Source of the DNA: Octopus sinensis
Lineage: Eukaryota
Assembly (NCBI RefSeq): GCF_006345805.1
Contig: NC_043006.1
Span: 6,820,001-6,884,000, forward strand
DNA: 64,000 nt
Direction: 5' to 3'
Part shown: positions 1 to 12,044 of the stretch, one piece after another
How the letters are laid out: each line of letters opens with the position of its first letter
How positions within the stretch are numbered: position 1 is the stretch's first letter
Notes under the pieces: model-generated
Databases searched by the model: none
What the model saw: the letters and a program-made list of their open reading frames with translations, nothing else
Told to the model about the DNA's origin: nothing
Position numbers and translations under genes: made by a program

Positions 1-535
1 GAATAACGAAGATGCCAAAAGTATTCGTAAATAATTGAAATTATAAGAATGCACCACCAGCAATGGACAGCCTTTTAAACAGCATTCTTTACGTGAAATG
101 GCATGATATATGTGCTACAAAATCATAATGTTTGATACCTATTAATTTTTACTCCATACATTCCCAAAGATTTACTGCTGTAGAGTATGAGACGACGTAA
201 AATTCATGCTTTTCCTTCAATCATCAAGAAATAAAGATTATTGCATCTGATCGGTCTTAAAAGTGGAGTCGTAGCCACCTGCATTTTGGTAAACCTCATG
301 CTCTCTCCTGTTGTATTTGCAACACCTGCTTTCTGATTCTATAATTTAAATGTCTAATTTTACAGATTAATAACAGGTGATATGTACTTTAGATTTTACT
401 AAACTTACTTCATTCAATACAATGACGCTTAGCTTCATTGAGGAAATAGAGTGTTTTTAGGATATGCGTTCGATTAGCAGGTCTAAAACCACGCGTTTTA
501 AGTAGAAACATTTGCATATACACATATTCACTTGC

Positions 536-537
<2 letters not shown>

Positions 538-566
<29 letters not shown>

Positions 567-610
567 TGTATGTATGTATGTATGTATGTATTATGTGTGT
601 GTATGTATGT
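538..610. repeat. (TATG)n microsatellite
   Basis: Perfect TATG tandem units seen directly; source of several ORF-track artefacts. Confidence 0.95.
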
Positions 611-860
611 GAAAGGTAAGAGAGTCCAGTTTGCTGGACATTGTTGTAGAGCTGAAAAAGAGGTAATTTCTACTCTTCTCCTCTGGAAGCCATCTACTCG
701 CAATACCAGAGGGCGCACACTCTCCTACCCTGATGTAATCTCCAGGGATACAGGCATCCAGCAACAGGACGTCCGTAATGCTATGATGGACCGTGAAGTC
801 TGGCGTAACATAGTAAATTCCATTGTCTCGACCACGGTCGATCAATGATGATGATGATGA
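611..860 (+). mobile_element. RTE-clade LINE, extreme 3' fragment with (TGA)n tail
   Basis: Reads RVQFAGHCCRAEKEVISTLLLWKPS..RGRTLSYPDVISRDTG..AMMDREVWRNIV..*, matching the RTE ORF C-terminus (R..FAGH, RGR, DR..W). Ends in tgatgatgatgatga. Confidence 0.8.
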
Positions 861-1242
861 ATGTATGTATGTATGTATGTATGTATATGTATCTATGTAT
901 GTATTATGTATGTGTATGTATGTATGTATTATGTATGTGTATGTATGTATGTATGTATGTATGTATGTATGTATGTATGTATGTATGTATGTATGTATGT
1001 ATGTATGAATGTATTTATGTATGTATGTACGTATGTATGTATGTATGTATGTACGTATGTATGTATGTATGTATGTATTATGTATGTATGTATGTACGTA
1101 TGTATGTACGTATGTATGTATGTATGTATGTATGTATTATGTATGTATGTATGTATGTATGTATGTATATATATGTATCTATGTATGTATTATGTATGTG
1201 TATGTATGTATGTATGTATGTATGTGTGTGTATGTATGTATG

Positions 1243-1273
<31 letters not shown>

Positions 1274-1545
1274 GTATGTGTATGTATGTATGTATTATGT
1301 ATGTGTATGTATGTATGTATGTATTATGTATGTGTAGTATGTATGTATGTATTATGTATGTGTATGTATGTATGTATGTATGTATGTATGTATGTATGTG
1401 TGTATGTATGTATGTATGTATGTAAGTATGTGTATGTATGTATGTATTATGTATGTGTATGTATGTATGTATGTATTATGTATGTGTATGTATGTATGTA
1501 TGTATGTATGTATGTATGTATGTGTGTGTGTATGTATGTATGTAT
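861..1545. repeat. Compound (TATG)n/(TG)n array with recurring interrupted units
   Basis: About 680 bp of TATG with recurring gtattatgtatgtgtatg variants. Confidence 0.95.
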
Positions 1546-2229
1546 TATATACCATTGTGGGGGACAGGTAAGTTGCATAAAGGAAATTAATACGTATCGA
1601 TAATAAAAAGGGTTTTTTTTTTTTACTTTATTTGTATCCAAGAACCAGCATGAGTGACTGAAGTCTTCAGAGTTGTGAGCAGACTACATAAAATTAAATT
1701 AATAACACTGCCATTGAATTGATATAAAACTATAGGCTCTTAAACGATACAAATTAGATTTTATTTTTCGAACGCAGAATTGCCGTAAGAACAGCAGAAA
1801 TACTCAGTAAATAGCTATTACAAAGCGGAACAATTTATTAACCACCAGCCGGCTGTTTTTTGAGAGATTTTTCCACTTTGTAAGGGTACCTTACCCTGTA
1901 TTTCTGCTGTTCTAACAGCAAATCTATGTTCGAAAAAATATCACTTAATTTGTATCGTTCAATATACATTTCGACGCTTATAAAAACAAATGTTTGTTTG
2001 TATATATTTATTCTCGTAGTTATAGGCTCTTAATTTTCTGGTTTCGCTTTTGAACGTCCCCTAGTATATGCTAGGAAAAGTCCCAAAACTACCTGTACAT
2101 TCGCCAAAACTCTCTTTTGAGTGGCTTTCAGCGCGCCCTGGCATGCTAAAAAGTGGTAACACTGTGGTTTCACAGAGACTTAATCGCCTTAGTTCTAGTT
2201 ATCTTTCTTGTGCTACAGTGTAAACATGG

Positions 2230-3260
2230 CCAATTCGCTGGCTGTGTTAACTGGAGAACTAGGGATCCGACTTCTTTGGTCTAAGGTGAGTCTGGGACTG
2301 AAATTCATCGCAGACTTTCAGTACAATAGTGAGACAGTGCTCTGCCTCATAGAAACGTGTTTGAATGGATTGAGAAGTTTAAGAATGTCCGGACAAGCGT
2401 GAAGCATGAAGAATATGCAGGATGTCCAGCAACATTCAGCACTGACGTAAAGATTCTACAGTCTCAAGAGACAGCTCTGACGAACCGACAATTGACCGTC
2501 GCTTGAGTGGCGTGTTCTCTGCAAATTAGTCACGGATCTGCATTTCAAATCATCCATGACAAGTTTCGTTACTGTGAAGTCTGTGCGAGGTAGGTGCCAA
2601 GAGAGCTTGCCGGAACGCGTAAATGCAATCATTTGGAGATCTGTAGACGCTTACTCGACATCTACAATGATGAATATGAAGCTATGTTTTTGGAGAAAAT
2701 TAGCCACAGGTGAGGCCTGGTTCGATTACTTTGAGTCAGCATCCAGCAGCCGGTGTATGGAAATGTAACACCCGAAATCGCCAGCGAAAATGAAATTCAA
2801 AGTACAATCTACGGTAGAAAAAATATGGTTAATCGACATTTGAGGCACAAAAAGGTCTGTACTATAATATTATATGAAAAAAGCGTGGTCTATAGTCGCC
2901 AGGGTGGGCATCGACGAAATTCTGATTAACTAACTGAAACCAGCAATTCGGACCAAAGGCAGGGCTCTAAGTGCTATTGCTGCACGAAAATTCCCTTCCA
3001 CATGCAGCCGCCCACACATTTAAAATAATTGAAAAATTCTGGTTTTCGAGTTGCTTGAATACTCTAAATACAGTTCCCTTCCGATTGTCATTTCTTTGCA
3101 CTGCGGAAACATATTTACAAGACCATCGATTTATTACAAAAGGGGAGGAAGCAATACATAGATGGTTATGCGACCAACCAAGAACCATCCTCTCCACTGG
3201 AATAAGCAAACTGGTGGGCCGCCGCTAAAAGTGCCTCGAAAAGCAGGAAGACTATATCGA
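2230..3260 (+). mobile_element. Mariner (Tc1/mariner DD34D) transposase pseudogene
   Basis: Broken frames give IIHDKFRYCEVCAR*VPRE (WVPR motif), ATGEAW (TGDETW), HPKSPAKMKFK, LLHENSLPH (HDNARPH) and TGISKLVGR. Many stops and frameshifts. Confidence 0.85.
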
Positions 3261-3333
3261 AAAATCATATATTTGTTCAAACCATGCTTTTGTTTTAACA
3301 AATTGAAACAAGGGTTCGTATAAAACCACACAC

Positions 3334-3500
3334 ATGCACTCACACGCACATACACAAACACACATATATATTCATATATATATATATATATATATGTGTA
3401 TGTGTGTGTGTGTGCGTGTGTGCGTGTGTGTGTGTCTGTGTGAGTATGTGTGTGTGTGTGTCTGTGTGAGTATGTGTGTGTGTGTGAGTGTGTGTGTAAA
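3334..3500. repeat. (CA)/(TA)/(TG) compound microsatellite
   Basis: Seen directly. Confidence 0.9.
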
Positions 3501-3699
3501 TTTAAAAAATGAAGCAATAATTAGCAATGAGAAGGGGATCATTAGTGTTTAAAAGTCATTATTTAATAGAATTTGGAAGCATTTACAGCTGTTTCTGTTT
3601 ATTAAATCGGAGTAGATTTACATTTACCTCGTTACATGTAATATATATCTTCTAAATGAAAAGAAGGAATGAAAGGCAAAGAAAAAGAAAACGAAGAGG

Positions 3700-4500
3700 G
3701 AAAATGTTCGTTAAAGTCTCTAGGCTTACATTTTAATGACTTGTAAATCTCCACGTGTTAGTAGATCCCTTCATCAGATGCGTGTGACAGTAAGTGGGGA
3801 CAATGACTATTTGACCGGCGGTGTTGGCCGAATGAGTTATGCGTGGTGGGGATATCCGGTATTGTTATTAGAAATAAGTAACGGAAATTTGTGGCATCTA
3901 AGTTAGTTCCTGAAATTACAGGGGAAGCCCTTGTTTAAACTAAGGTTGCTATTAGAAATTGTATGATAAAGTGTGTACATATTGGCTATGTAAAGGAATA
4001 GTAAAAAAAAGTTAAAGAATCATTAAACTCAACAGAAAATTATAATGCGTAGTGTGAGTCGGGAGTCTAGCTATCAAGTGAAATTCAATATAGGATAAAA
4101 GCCGTATTCTAACACGTAGATTATAATATATAGTTCGGTAATCGGGGTTTTGGGTTTAAAATGTGAAGTGAAGCTATATTATTCGGTAAATGGGACAACA
4201 AGGGGAGGTAATAAGATGTCAAGGAGGTCCGTTAATAACCTGTAATGAAGGAATTAACGATATTTAAAGAATAAGAAGGGTTTAACTTCGAGAATAAGGA
4301 TTTATCTTTATGCGAACAAGTTGTATTTTTCAGGTTACGCGTAGTGAACGTTGTTTTCTATGGCCGGAATCTGGATTATTACGATACTTTCAAGAAGGCC
4401 TTTCGTGTCTATACATGACTTTCGTGGTTTTTCTAAACATCTTCGAGAATTAACATAAAGCCAAGGTGGTGATTTATGGATGCATTCCACGCATCTCTAT
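3700..4500 (-). mobile_element. Highly degenerate Penelope-like element (RT thumb/linker remnants, decayed HHR start)
   Basis: Minus frames give DTKG..YA*..NLF, SRLTLRIIIFC (cf. SQFLRLRRLC) and NKGFPCNFRN*LRC (cf. FPC..RC..C linker). CTGATGAAGGGAT at about 3765-3778 matches the start of the 21263 HHR. Confidence 0.45.
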
Positions 4501-4774
4501 TACTGATGCTGAAAGTAGGTCAGGTTCTATTGGCCGCTTCACTCGTAATGAATAACAGATCAAATCAAATGTAATATTTTCGAGATCTCCACAACGTAAT
4601 ACAGGAGAAACAACGCCCAATAACATTGAATATGTCCGTAGAGATACACAATATGGATTAGTCGACCTCCTAAGGCTTATGAAGGATAGTTATTCCCGGA
4701 GTGGGGCTGTAAAACCCATTTCGCGTCTTTCAATTTATTTCTATATATAAAATTCACACGCATACACATATTCA

Positions 4775-4815
4775 CACATGCACGCACACATGCACGCACA
4801 CACACACACACACAC

Positions 4816-4874
<59 letters not shown>

Positions 4875-4875
4875 C
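4775..4875. repeat. (CA)n microsatellite
   Basis: Seen directly. Confidence 0.95.
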
Positions 4876-5329
4876 GAATATATTCTAGAAAGAACTAGCA
4901 GGTGACATATGTGGTATCATAGAGAGTATTGAATTAATAATTCAAACATGATTGTAGATTTGTTACATCAATGGATTTCTTATAGCAAAATGTAGATAAA
5001 GGAAGTCTCTGAATTATAAATTCCATGCTCTACAATCTAAGATGATACCACATATGGTGCCTGTTTATAACTGTGCTTATGTTTGTATATGTGCGCATAT
5101 GTATGTATGTATATTTATATTATATATATATATATATATATAATATAATAAATATTAGGGAATAAATCCAAATTTACAGGAGGAAAATCAGATTTAGGAC
5201 TGAATCCAATTTTATAGTAAAAAAATTATATAATATTAATTAGAGACAAAACCACTATTATGCAAATCAAACAAAGAAAGACTTAATCCAATACATAAAA
5301 AATTTATATAAATTAATTAAAAAAGTTAT

Positions 5330-5375
5330 CCACTGCAATTGTTTCTTGTCACTTCTAAGGACATTCATCAGGTGG
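5330..5375 (-). ncRNA. Type I hammerhead, inverted copy with GUA changed to GCA (probably inactive)
   Basis: Reverse complement reads CCAC-CTGATGA-ATGTC..GACAA-GAAA-CAATTG-CA-GTGG. Confidence 0.7.
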
Positions 5376-5445
5376 TTTTCAGACCTTCTATTCAATTTTA
5401 AATTATTTAATTATTTCATATTTAAAATGAATAGAAGGTTGAAAA

Positions 5446-5491
5446 CCACCTGATGAATGTCCTTAGAAGTGACAAGAAACAATTGTAGTGG
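5446..5491 (+). ncRNA. Type I hammerhead ribozyme, palindromic stem III
   Basis: CCAC-CTGATGA-A-TGTC(loop)GACA-A-GAAA-CAATTG-TA-GTGG. Stem I CCAC/GTGG, GUA cleavage triplet. Confidence 0.8.
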
Positions 5492-5849
5492 ATAACTTAA
5501 TTTTATTTAATTTATATAAATTTTTTATGTATTGTGTTAAGTCTTTCTTTGTTTGATTTGCATAATAGGGGTTTTGTCTCTAATTAATATTATATATATA
5601 TATATTATATATAGATATATAAATATATATATATATTATATATATTATATATATATATATGAAGACAGATACAGAGAGACAGACAGACAGACAAACGGAC
5701 GGATGGATGTATAACTACATTCATACTTATAGACTCACCTACAAATGATTTGCATCCTGTCCAACCAGAATATATCAATTTTCTTCCTTACTTTCTGGTA
5801 CAATGAACATCAAATTGTCAATATGTAGTAGGATCTTCAGGGTGGTTGC

Positions 5850-6880
5850 TACAAGAATACACAAAACAATACACTGTATATTAATGCATGGCACAATACG
5901 TAGAAGACAAACGAATGATGTATGGTATTTCTAAAACGGTCGCATTTATTTGCATGATATTCTTCTTTATGACTTGTTTATCATCATATGAAAATACTTA
6001 CTCACTATCACAATTGTGGGCATATAATACAGCTTGAACGATATTGCGCAAACTATTAATTCTCATGATTGTAGTAACTCGAGGAATATTTAAACGATAT
6101 TCCTCACATGTGAAGTTATTACCTGCAGTACTCGCCTTATTACTTGGCTTCTTTTGGATTTAGTAGGGATTATTGAGAACATCATTCATTCAAATCAGAA
6201 CATGTACATGTAAATTCAGCAATCAGTCGTATCAATATTACTTATTGTGATATAGCTGTACATTTATACGTCATCAGCACATGCATATTTCTTTATTGTA
6301 CCTATTTACTTAAGCACACAATCCAATTAACGTGAATCAATTAACCGCGGAGAGCAGTAATGATCTTAGCATCAGAACACTAGTTTTTAGCCAGTTGGTG
6401 TAACCATTGATTTGACGTGTTTTATAAGTAGATGTAATGTCTCTAGATATTCATATTGATTTAGAAATCGGTCGAACTTGCTCACATTCTTTGCCAAGCC
6501 ACGGATAAACTGAGATTGAGAGATTAAGTTTAAATATCATCTATTAGAATATTTATCGAAGGGATTTTGAATCTACGATAGGTCCTTCGATGGTGCTTTC
6601 ATGACGGAACTTGGCATTTTTATCAGTAATATGCCAACTGTTTGGACAGTAACGTATACCAGATTACGAAAACTAGGTATTGGTTGATATATTTTTGGCT
6701 AGAGTTTCGGATAACATTACATATGATATGACATATTTAATGGAATGACTGTCTTCTGGAACGTTAGAGAAATCAATAATTTTTTTTTCGTGGAATTCAG
6801 AAATTTTCTGGATAATCCACTTCAATACAAATCGTTTTCCAACGCTCACGCTGCTACTAAAATGCGTAATACTATTAGCC
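5850..6880 (-). mobile_element. Degenerate Penelope-like RT/GIY-YIG remnant
   Basis: Minus frames give SRDITSTYKT (cf. SFDVTSLYT), RQING, YACADDV (YxDD) and a CPQCDSE-like segment near 6020. Very decayed. Confidence 0.4.
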
Positions 6881-6892
6881 ATAATGGTTATC

Positions 6893-6922
6893 AGACTACT
6901 ACTACTACTACTACTACTACTA

Positions 6923-6996
<74 letters not shown>

Positions 6997-7056
6997 ATGA
7001 TGTTCCATGTAGTTATATATTTATGCATTGTGTATGTATGTATATATGTATGTATG

Positions 7057-7105
<49 letters not shown>

Positions 7106-7190
7106 GTATATATGTATATATATATATATACATATATTTATGTATATATGTGTGTGTTTATATATATATATATATATATATGCATACGCA
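6893..7190. repeat. Compound microsatellite (CTA)n-(CTG)n-(GAT)n followed by (TA)n
   Basis: Seen directly; source of the poly-T/L/M ORF artefact. Confidence 0.95.
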
Positions 7191-7599
7191 CATTAAAATA
7201 CGCACACACATATCTATATATAAATTGATAGATAGACGGCAAGTATATGCACATATATGAACATCTATACACATACATTTACATATATGTCATATTCTTA
7301 TTTACGTAATTGACAAATCTTTCTATGAAAATGTTTTTGAAAATTGTAGAGTAAAACATACGCAGTAATTAAACCGATATATGATGATAGGTAATAATAT
7401 ACGGTGGACTACTGCATAGTTTTAATGATGGTTCTCCACGCATGTTTCCACTTAAACATTTCACAAGTTGTGTTTGAGTGCAGCCAAATGCACCTCTTAG
7501 CACTTTTTGGGTAATTGGTATTTAGAACATAAGCATATATTAGTATACAAAACGTCACCTAATTTATACTCGATGAAATGCAATCGACTGTGAAATCAG

Positions 7600-8111
7600 C
7601 ATGCCAGTTTTGAATGATGACTATGTCACCAAACCTCTTCGTGATTTTGTGGTACGTGACCCTACTTCGAACAGTGAGTTGAACACTGAAACACTAAAAA
7701 TTCTTATCGAAGTCTTCAGAAGCAAAGGTGTGAAGAACCTGAAATCGAAATCGATCCTTATTCACATCTTCGGACATGTACGAGGGTGGTCAGTGTCCCA
7801 ATCAACCGATAACCTGACGCTCTTCGACTTCCACCTGTTAGGTTGGCTGAAGGGAGGTGTTCAAGGACCACTGATTGATGGTGCAGATGAGGGTGATTCA
7901 TTTGGCAAAGCGACTATGATAGTGCAAACCTCGAAATCAATAGTTAAGTTCAACGATGGCCCAAATTACCCTTATGAAGGAGACTATGTTGAATGGAACC
8001 GTTCTTTAGCGGCATCATAGTTACTCAACCAACATGTGAAAATTGAATTTCCGTGCCATTTATTGTAACAGTTAGGTGCACCTGTACATTACTTTTGGCA
8101 CAGCCCTCGTA
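7600..8111 (+). mobile_element. Mariner transposase 3' remnant with right terminal inverted repeat
   Basis: STDNLTLFDFHLLGWLK corresponds to YSPDLAPSDFHLFGPLK, and EGDYVE is the mariner C-terminus. Terminus ...attacttttggcacagccctcg-TA at 8088-8111. Confidence 0.75.
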
Positions 8112-8639
8112 AGTTTATATATGCCATGATCAATAGCTATTTATAAGCGTTATCCAGTAATTTTTTTCTTTAAAATTTGGGTTTATATATTTCGAAAGTC
8201 TCTTGAGGAGATACTTTATTATGCAGAATTAGATGCAAATATGATGCTGAGTTTAGATAACGTTTCCTAATTTGCATGACGCAAAAGAAAAGTTAGAAAT
8301 GTCAAAATGTTTCAATATTCGAAATTGACAGGTTGTGAACGAACTTAATAAAGTAAGAGGAAATCTCCCAGAGAAATGCATATAAAATTTTAATTCGATC
8401 CCCCATGGGCATCAGGTCACTTCCATGGAAATTATAATGTTATGGCACTTCGCTTTCTCGTAATATCAAGAAACATTTGTGTCATTTAACCAATATCCAC
8501 CATTTGAGAATTAAATATAGAGAAAATCTAACACTACATGCTTAAGGGAAAATAAAAGGTTTACATCTATTAGAGTTGTTATCTGAAGCCAAAAATGAAA
8601 GCCCAAAAAGCTAAAGTATGCAGCCTGGGTTTAAAATGA

Positions 8640-8801
8640 GATAAAAAATTTAGTTTCACTTCCTACTCCTCCTCTCCACCCTCGGCTCCTTCTCCCCTTC
8701 TTCCTCTTCTTCTCTGTCTTCTTCATTCTCTTCCTCTTGTACTTTTTTTATTATTACTACTATCATCATCATCATCATTATTATTATTATTATTATTATT
8801 A

Positions 8802-8835
<34 letters not shown>

Positions 8836-8945
8836 GATCTTGCTACTGTAGTTATTACAACTATTACTACTACTAATACTAATACTAATACTACCACCAA
8901 CACTACTACTATGACGACGGCAACGGCGACAAACACGATGCCGAC
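8640..8945. repeat. CT-rich tract and compound (CAT)/(TAT)/(TAC) microsatellite
   Basis: Seen directly. Confidence 0.9.
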
Positions 8946-8989
8946 GCTAGTGCATGCAAATTAAGTTAGCAGGTATTTTATCTTAAGGT

Positions 8990-9560
8990 TTGATGACACC
9001 AGATCTCAAATCGCATGAATCTCCCTTTGGATTCTTATAGAATATAAGTTGATACTTTTTCTGCAGGTGGAAAAAGCGTCTTTTACTTTCATCCTCTTTC
9101 AGTCTTCTAGGTAGCATTTGGGTGGTGCACCATATGCTCCAATTACCGCAGTGGAACAAAACGTTGTATCAGTCCTCCATAGTCTTCTAAGTCCTCTGTT
9201 TAAATCCTGGTATTTTTCAATAGTTTCAGCTTCTTTGGTATCTACACAGACATCAAAGGGAATTGCAAAGTTTATGACCTTACACTGTTTATTTTCTATC
9301 CTCTAATAACACAATAGCATGGTCAATCCTTATAGGGACGTCCCCAGTATCTTGTAATTGCAATTTTCTATCACAGCCTCTAAGTGTTCATACTTGTCTG
9401 TTATTTGAAATCCAGATATTCGGCTAACCTCCTGATGTACTCTTTTGCCTAATCGGTCACGCGTCAGATTTTGATCCTTTTGCGTGAACATACTGCATCC
9501 ACTAAAAAGGTGCTTTGCAGCAGATACTAGATTTGCCGATTGGATTTTGTTGATCTTTGT
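8990..9560 (-). mobile_element. R4/Dong-like non-LTR retrotransposon 3' remnant (zinc knuckle plus REL domain)
   Basis: HLFSGCS..RDRLGKRVH (HIVSGC..RHD..GK.VH), IENCNYKILG, KVINFAIPFD..K..ETIEKYQDL..LRRLW..AVIGAYG. Confidence 0.75.
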
Positions 9561-10479
9561 CTTCATCAAATTTGTTCTGATTTCTTGTTCCTGAACGGCT
9601 AAAATTTGCGTGGGATATTGATGTCAGTCTTCCCGTAATCTTTCCATTTAACAACTAGATTTTTCTTTCTTACTCGTACCACATTTGATATTCTACTATC
9701 TACATATACCCGATCAGCATACCCCTTGATTTATTTCTACATCTGTTTGATCATCCTTATCACTATCATCATCATCATCACCATTATCATTATCTTCATC
9801 GTTGTCACCATCACCTTCCTCATCTCATCATATAATCATCCTTATCTTCATCACCCTACATTCATAATTGTTGGCAGCAGATGCCGCATCCCCTTAGTTG
9901 TCGTTATTCCTATTGCCAATGTCCTCAAATAAAAGACGATTAGATGTTTGCTTTGGTTCGGTATGAAGCAAAATTCTAACAATAATTTTCAACTTCAAAT
10001 ACTTGCTCAAGAGATATTTAATTTCTTTTTATTTTGTAATTAGGACTAACAAAGTAAAAACAGAAATTCCATTTATTTTCCAATCGTAATATGAAGAAAT
10101 CAATGCCAATTATGATTGCTGAGTATTACCAAGTACGGACATAAATTTTGTTCGAAAGTGAAACTCCTTTTCATATGATAATCGGTTGAATGAGAAGCTT
10201 GAGTGAATATATTGAATATTGTTTCACTGAATCAACACAAAATCATTCAGAAATTAAAGTTTGTTCATTTAGTTTGAATGGAAACTGATTTTAGCGCTCG
10301 GGTATCCAGTTGTTATTCATTCAAACGAATATAAATTTCAAACTGAATAGCAAAATATTAAAGCACACCAGTGAATCATTTTAATAATTCAAAATCCAAC
10401 ATTAGTTGATTTGTTTTAAATTTCTAATTACCCTTTCTGATAAATATCGGTGCACAATTAATATAGAGTAGTTATTTAG

Positions 10480-10497
10480 GTTTTTCATATATATATA

Positions 10498-10578
<81 letters not shown>

Positions 10579-10582
10579 ATAT

Positions 10583-10664
<82 letters not shown>

Positions 10665-10760
10665 TATATGTATGCATGAATGCATATACATATGTGTGTA
10701 TGTGCGTATGTGTGCGAGTCTGTGTCTATGTGTGGTGTGTGGGTGTATCTTGTAATGTAA
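10480..10760. repeat. (TA)n/(TG)n microsatellite
   Basis: Seen directly. Confidence 0.95.
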
Positions 10761-11879
10761 ATTACCTGCAAATTCATATCCTAGGGAAAGAGATCTTCAA
10801 GGGAGAAATTTTTGTAGTCATTTTACTGAATTTTATAAAATTATTATGATTATAGCAACCGTCATCACCAACATTTCCCCCGGGAAGACAATCACCACCA
10901 TCACAACCACTGCCACCAAACCACCATCATCACCATCATCATCGTCATCGTCGTCGTCATCGTCTTCGTTAACATCATAACTGTCATAATCTTAAATCAT
11001 TAGTGTTGAAGTAATACGTTATGCTAATTGTTCCAGAACTTTACCTTGAGATGCCACGCAAATCAACTTTGATTTTCATCATATCTCACGTCGACAATAA
11101 AAGGCAGAAATAAATCATAGACTGGCGGCAATATAATCGACCGCATTTTCTTCACACAAATACCCAAAATTCTGGCCTAGTTCTTGTGCAATAAATGTTT
11201 GTTCTAGATGAAGTGCTGTACTACTCTACGCTTTGGCGCAGGGGCCGTTTGTGCACTAGAAAAACACATGAGAGAGTTGTCTGTATGCCTATAGACTAGA
11301 ACATGAAATGTTGCTGTGAGTGAAATTATGCCTATTGCTAATTAATCATGCATTTATCCATATGTAGTAGAATCCAATGCATTTTGTAAACATGCATGAA
11401 AATTATTGAACGTTAAATGAAAAGGACTTCTTTTTTTAACACTTGCATACTGCTAAATTTATCGATCCCATTGCGACAATCCTAATGATACCATTAGCGC
11501 ATATGACTTCTTTTTATCTATCGTGTATACTTAATTCGTTGTGAAATTATAGTTGCTCCTTTGTCTTCTTCACAGGGTTATTCTTATATAAAATTATATG
11601 ATTGATTAATATTATACCCCGAAAATAAAACATCAACTTCTGTATATAGAATCTCAAATGAAATTGAATTTGAAGAAGATGTCCAGTGACGTAATATTTG
11701 AAAGTTTGGTAAGCCGAGAGATTTTGTTTTGTAGTGAAATCACACCTAGATATCTGAGTGGTATGATTGACATTTATTAGGTTGTACAATTTGGTGTAAA
11801 TTTTATTTTCTCCATGACATGATGTGTTTGCCTTTCAAAACTCTTCGTCTGATTACCGTGTTGCCATAACAAAACCGTT

Positions 11880-12025
11880 GTGGAGGCGCGTGTCTTAGTG
11901 GTTAGGGTGTTGCACTCTTGATCGTAGGATTGTGGTTCTGATTCCTGGACCGAGCGATGCATTGTTTTCTTGGGCAAAACAATCTATTTTATGTTGCTCC
12001 AGTCAACTTAGGTGGTAAACATGTG
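11880..12025 (+). mobile_element. Old tRNA-derived SINE fragment
   Basis: ggaggcgcgtgtcttagtggttagg head (A box), decayed B box, and a core ttttatgttgctccagtc related to the SINEs at 22108 and 45384. Confidence 0.65.
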
Positions 12026-12044
12026 ATTTCCTGACAAATGCACT

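Larger units (their letters stand above)
5229..5597. repeat. Fold-back palindrome (about 175 bp arms) of a PLE pseudo-LTR, with an HHR in each arm
   Basis: Arms 5229-5404 and about 5418-5597 are reverse complements with a few mismatches and an AT-rich loop. The right arm ends in (TA)n; the left repeat extends to the (TA)n at about 5150. Confidence 0.9.

Noticed and set aside
2040-2066. Mariner-like terminus gcttttgaacgtcccctagta
   Set aside because: It has right-end orientation but lies upstream of the 2230 transposase, and I found no matching partner TIR.
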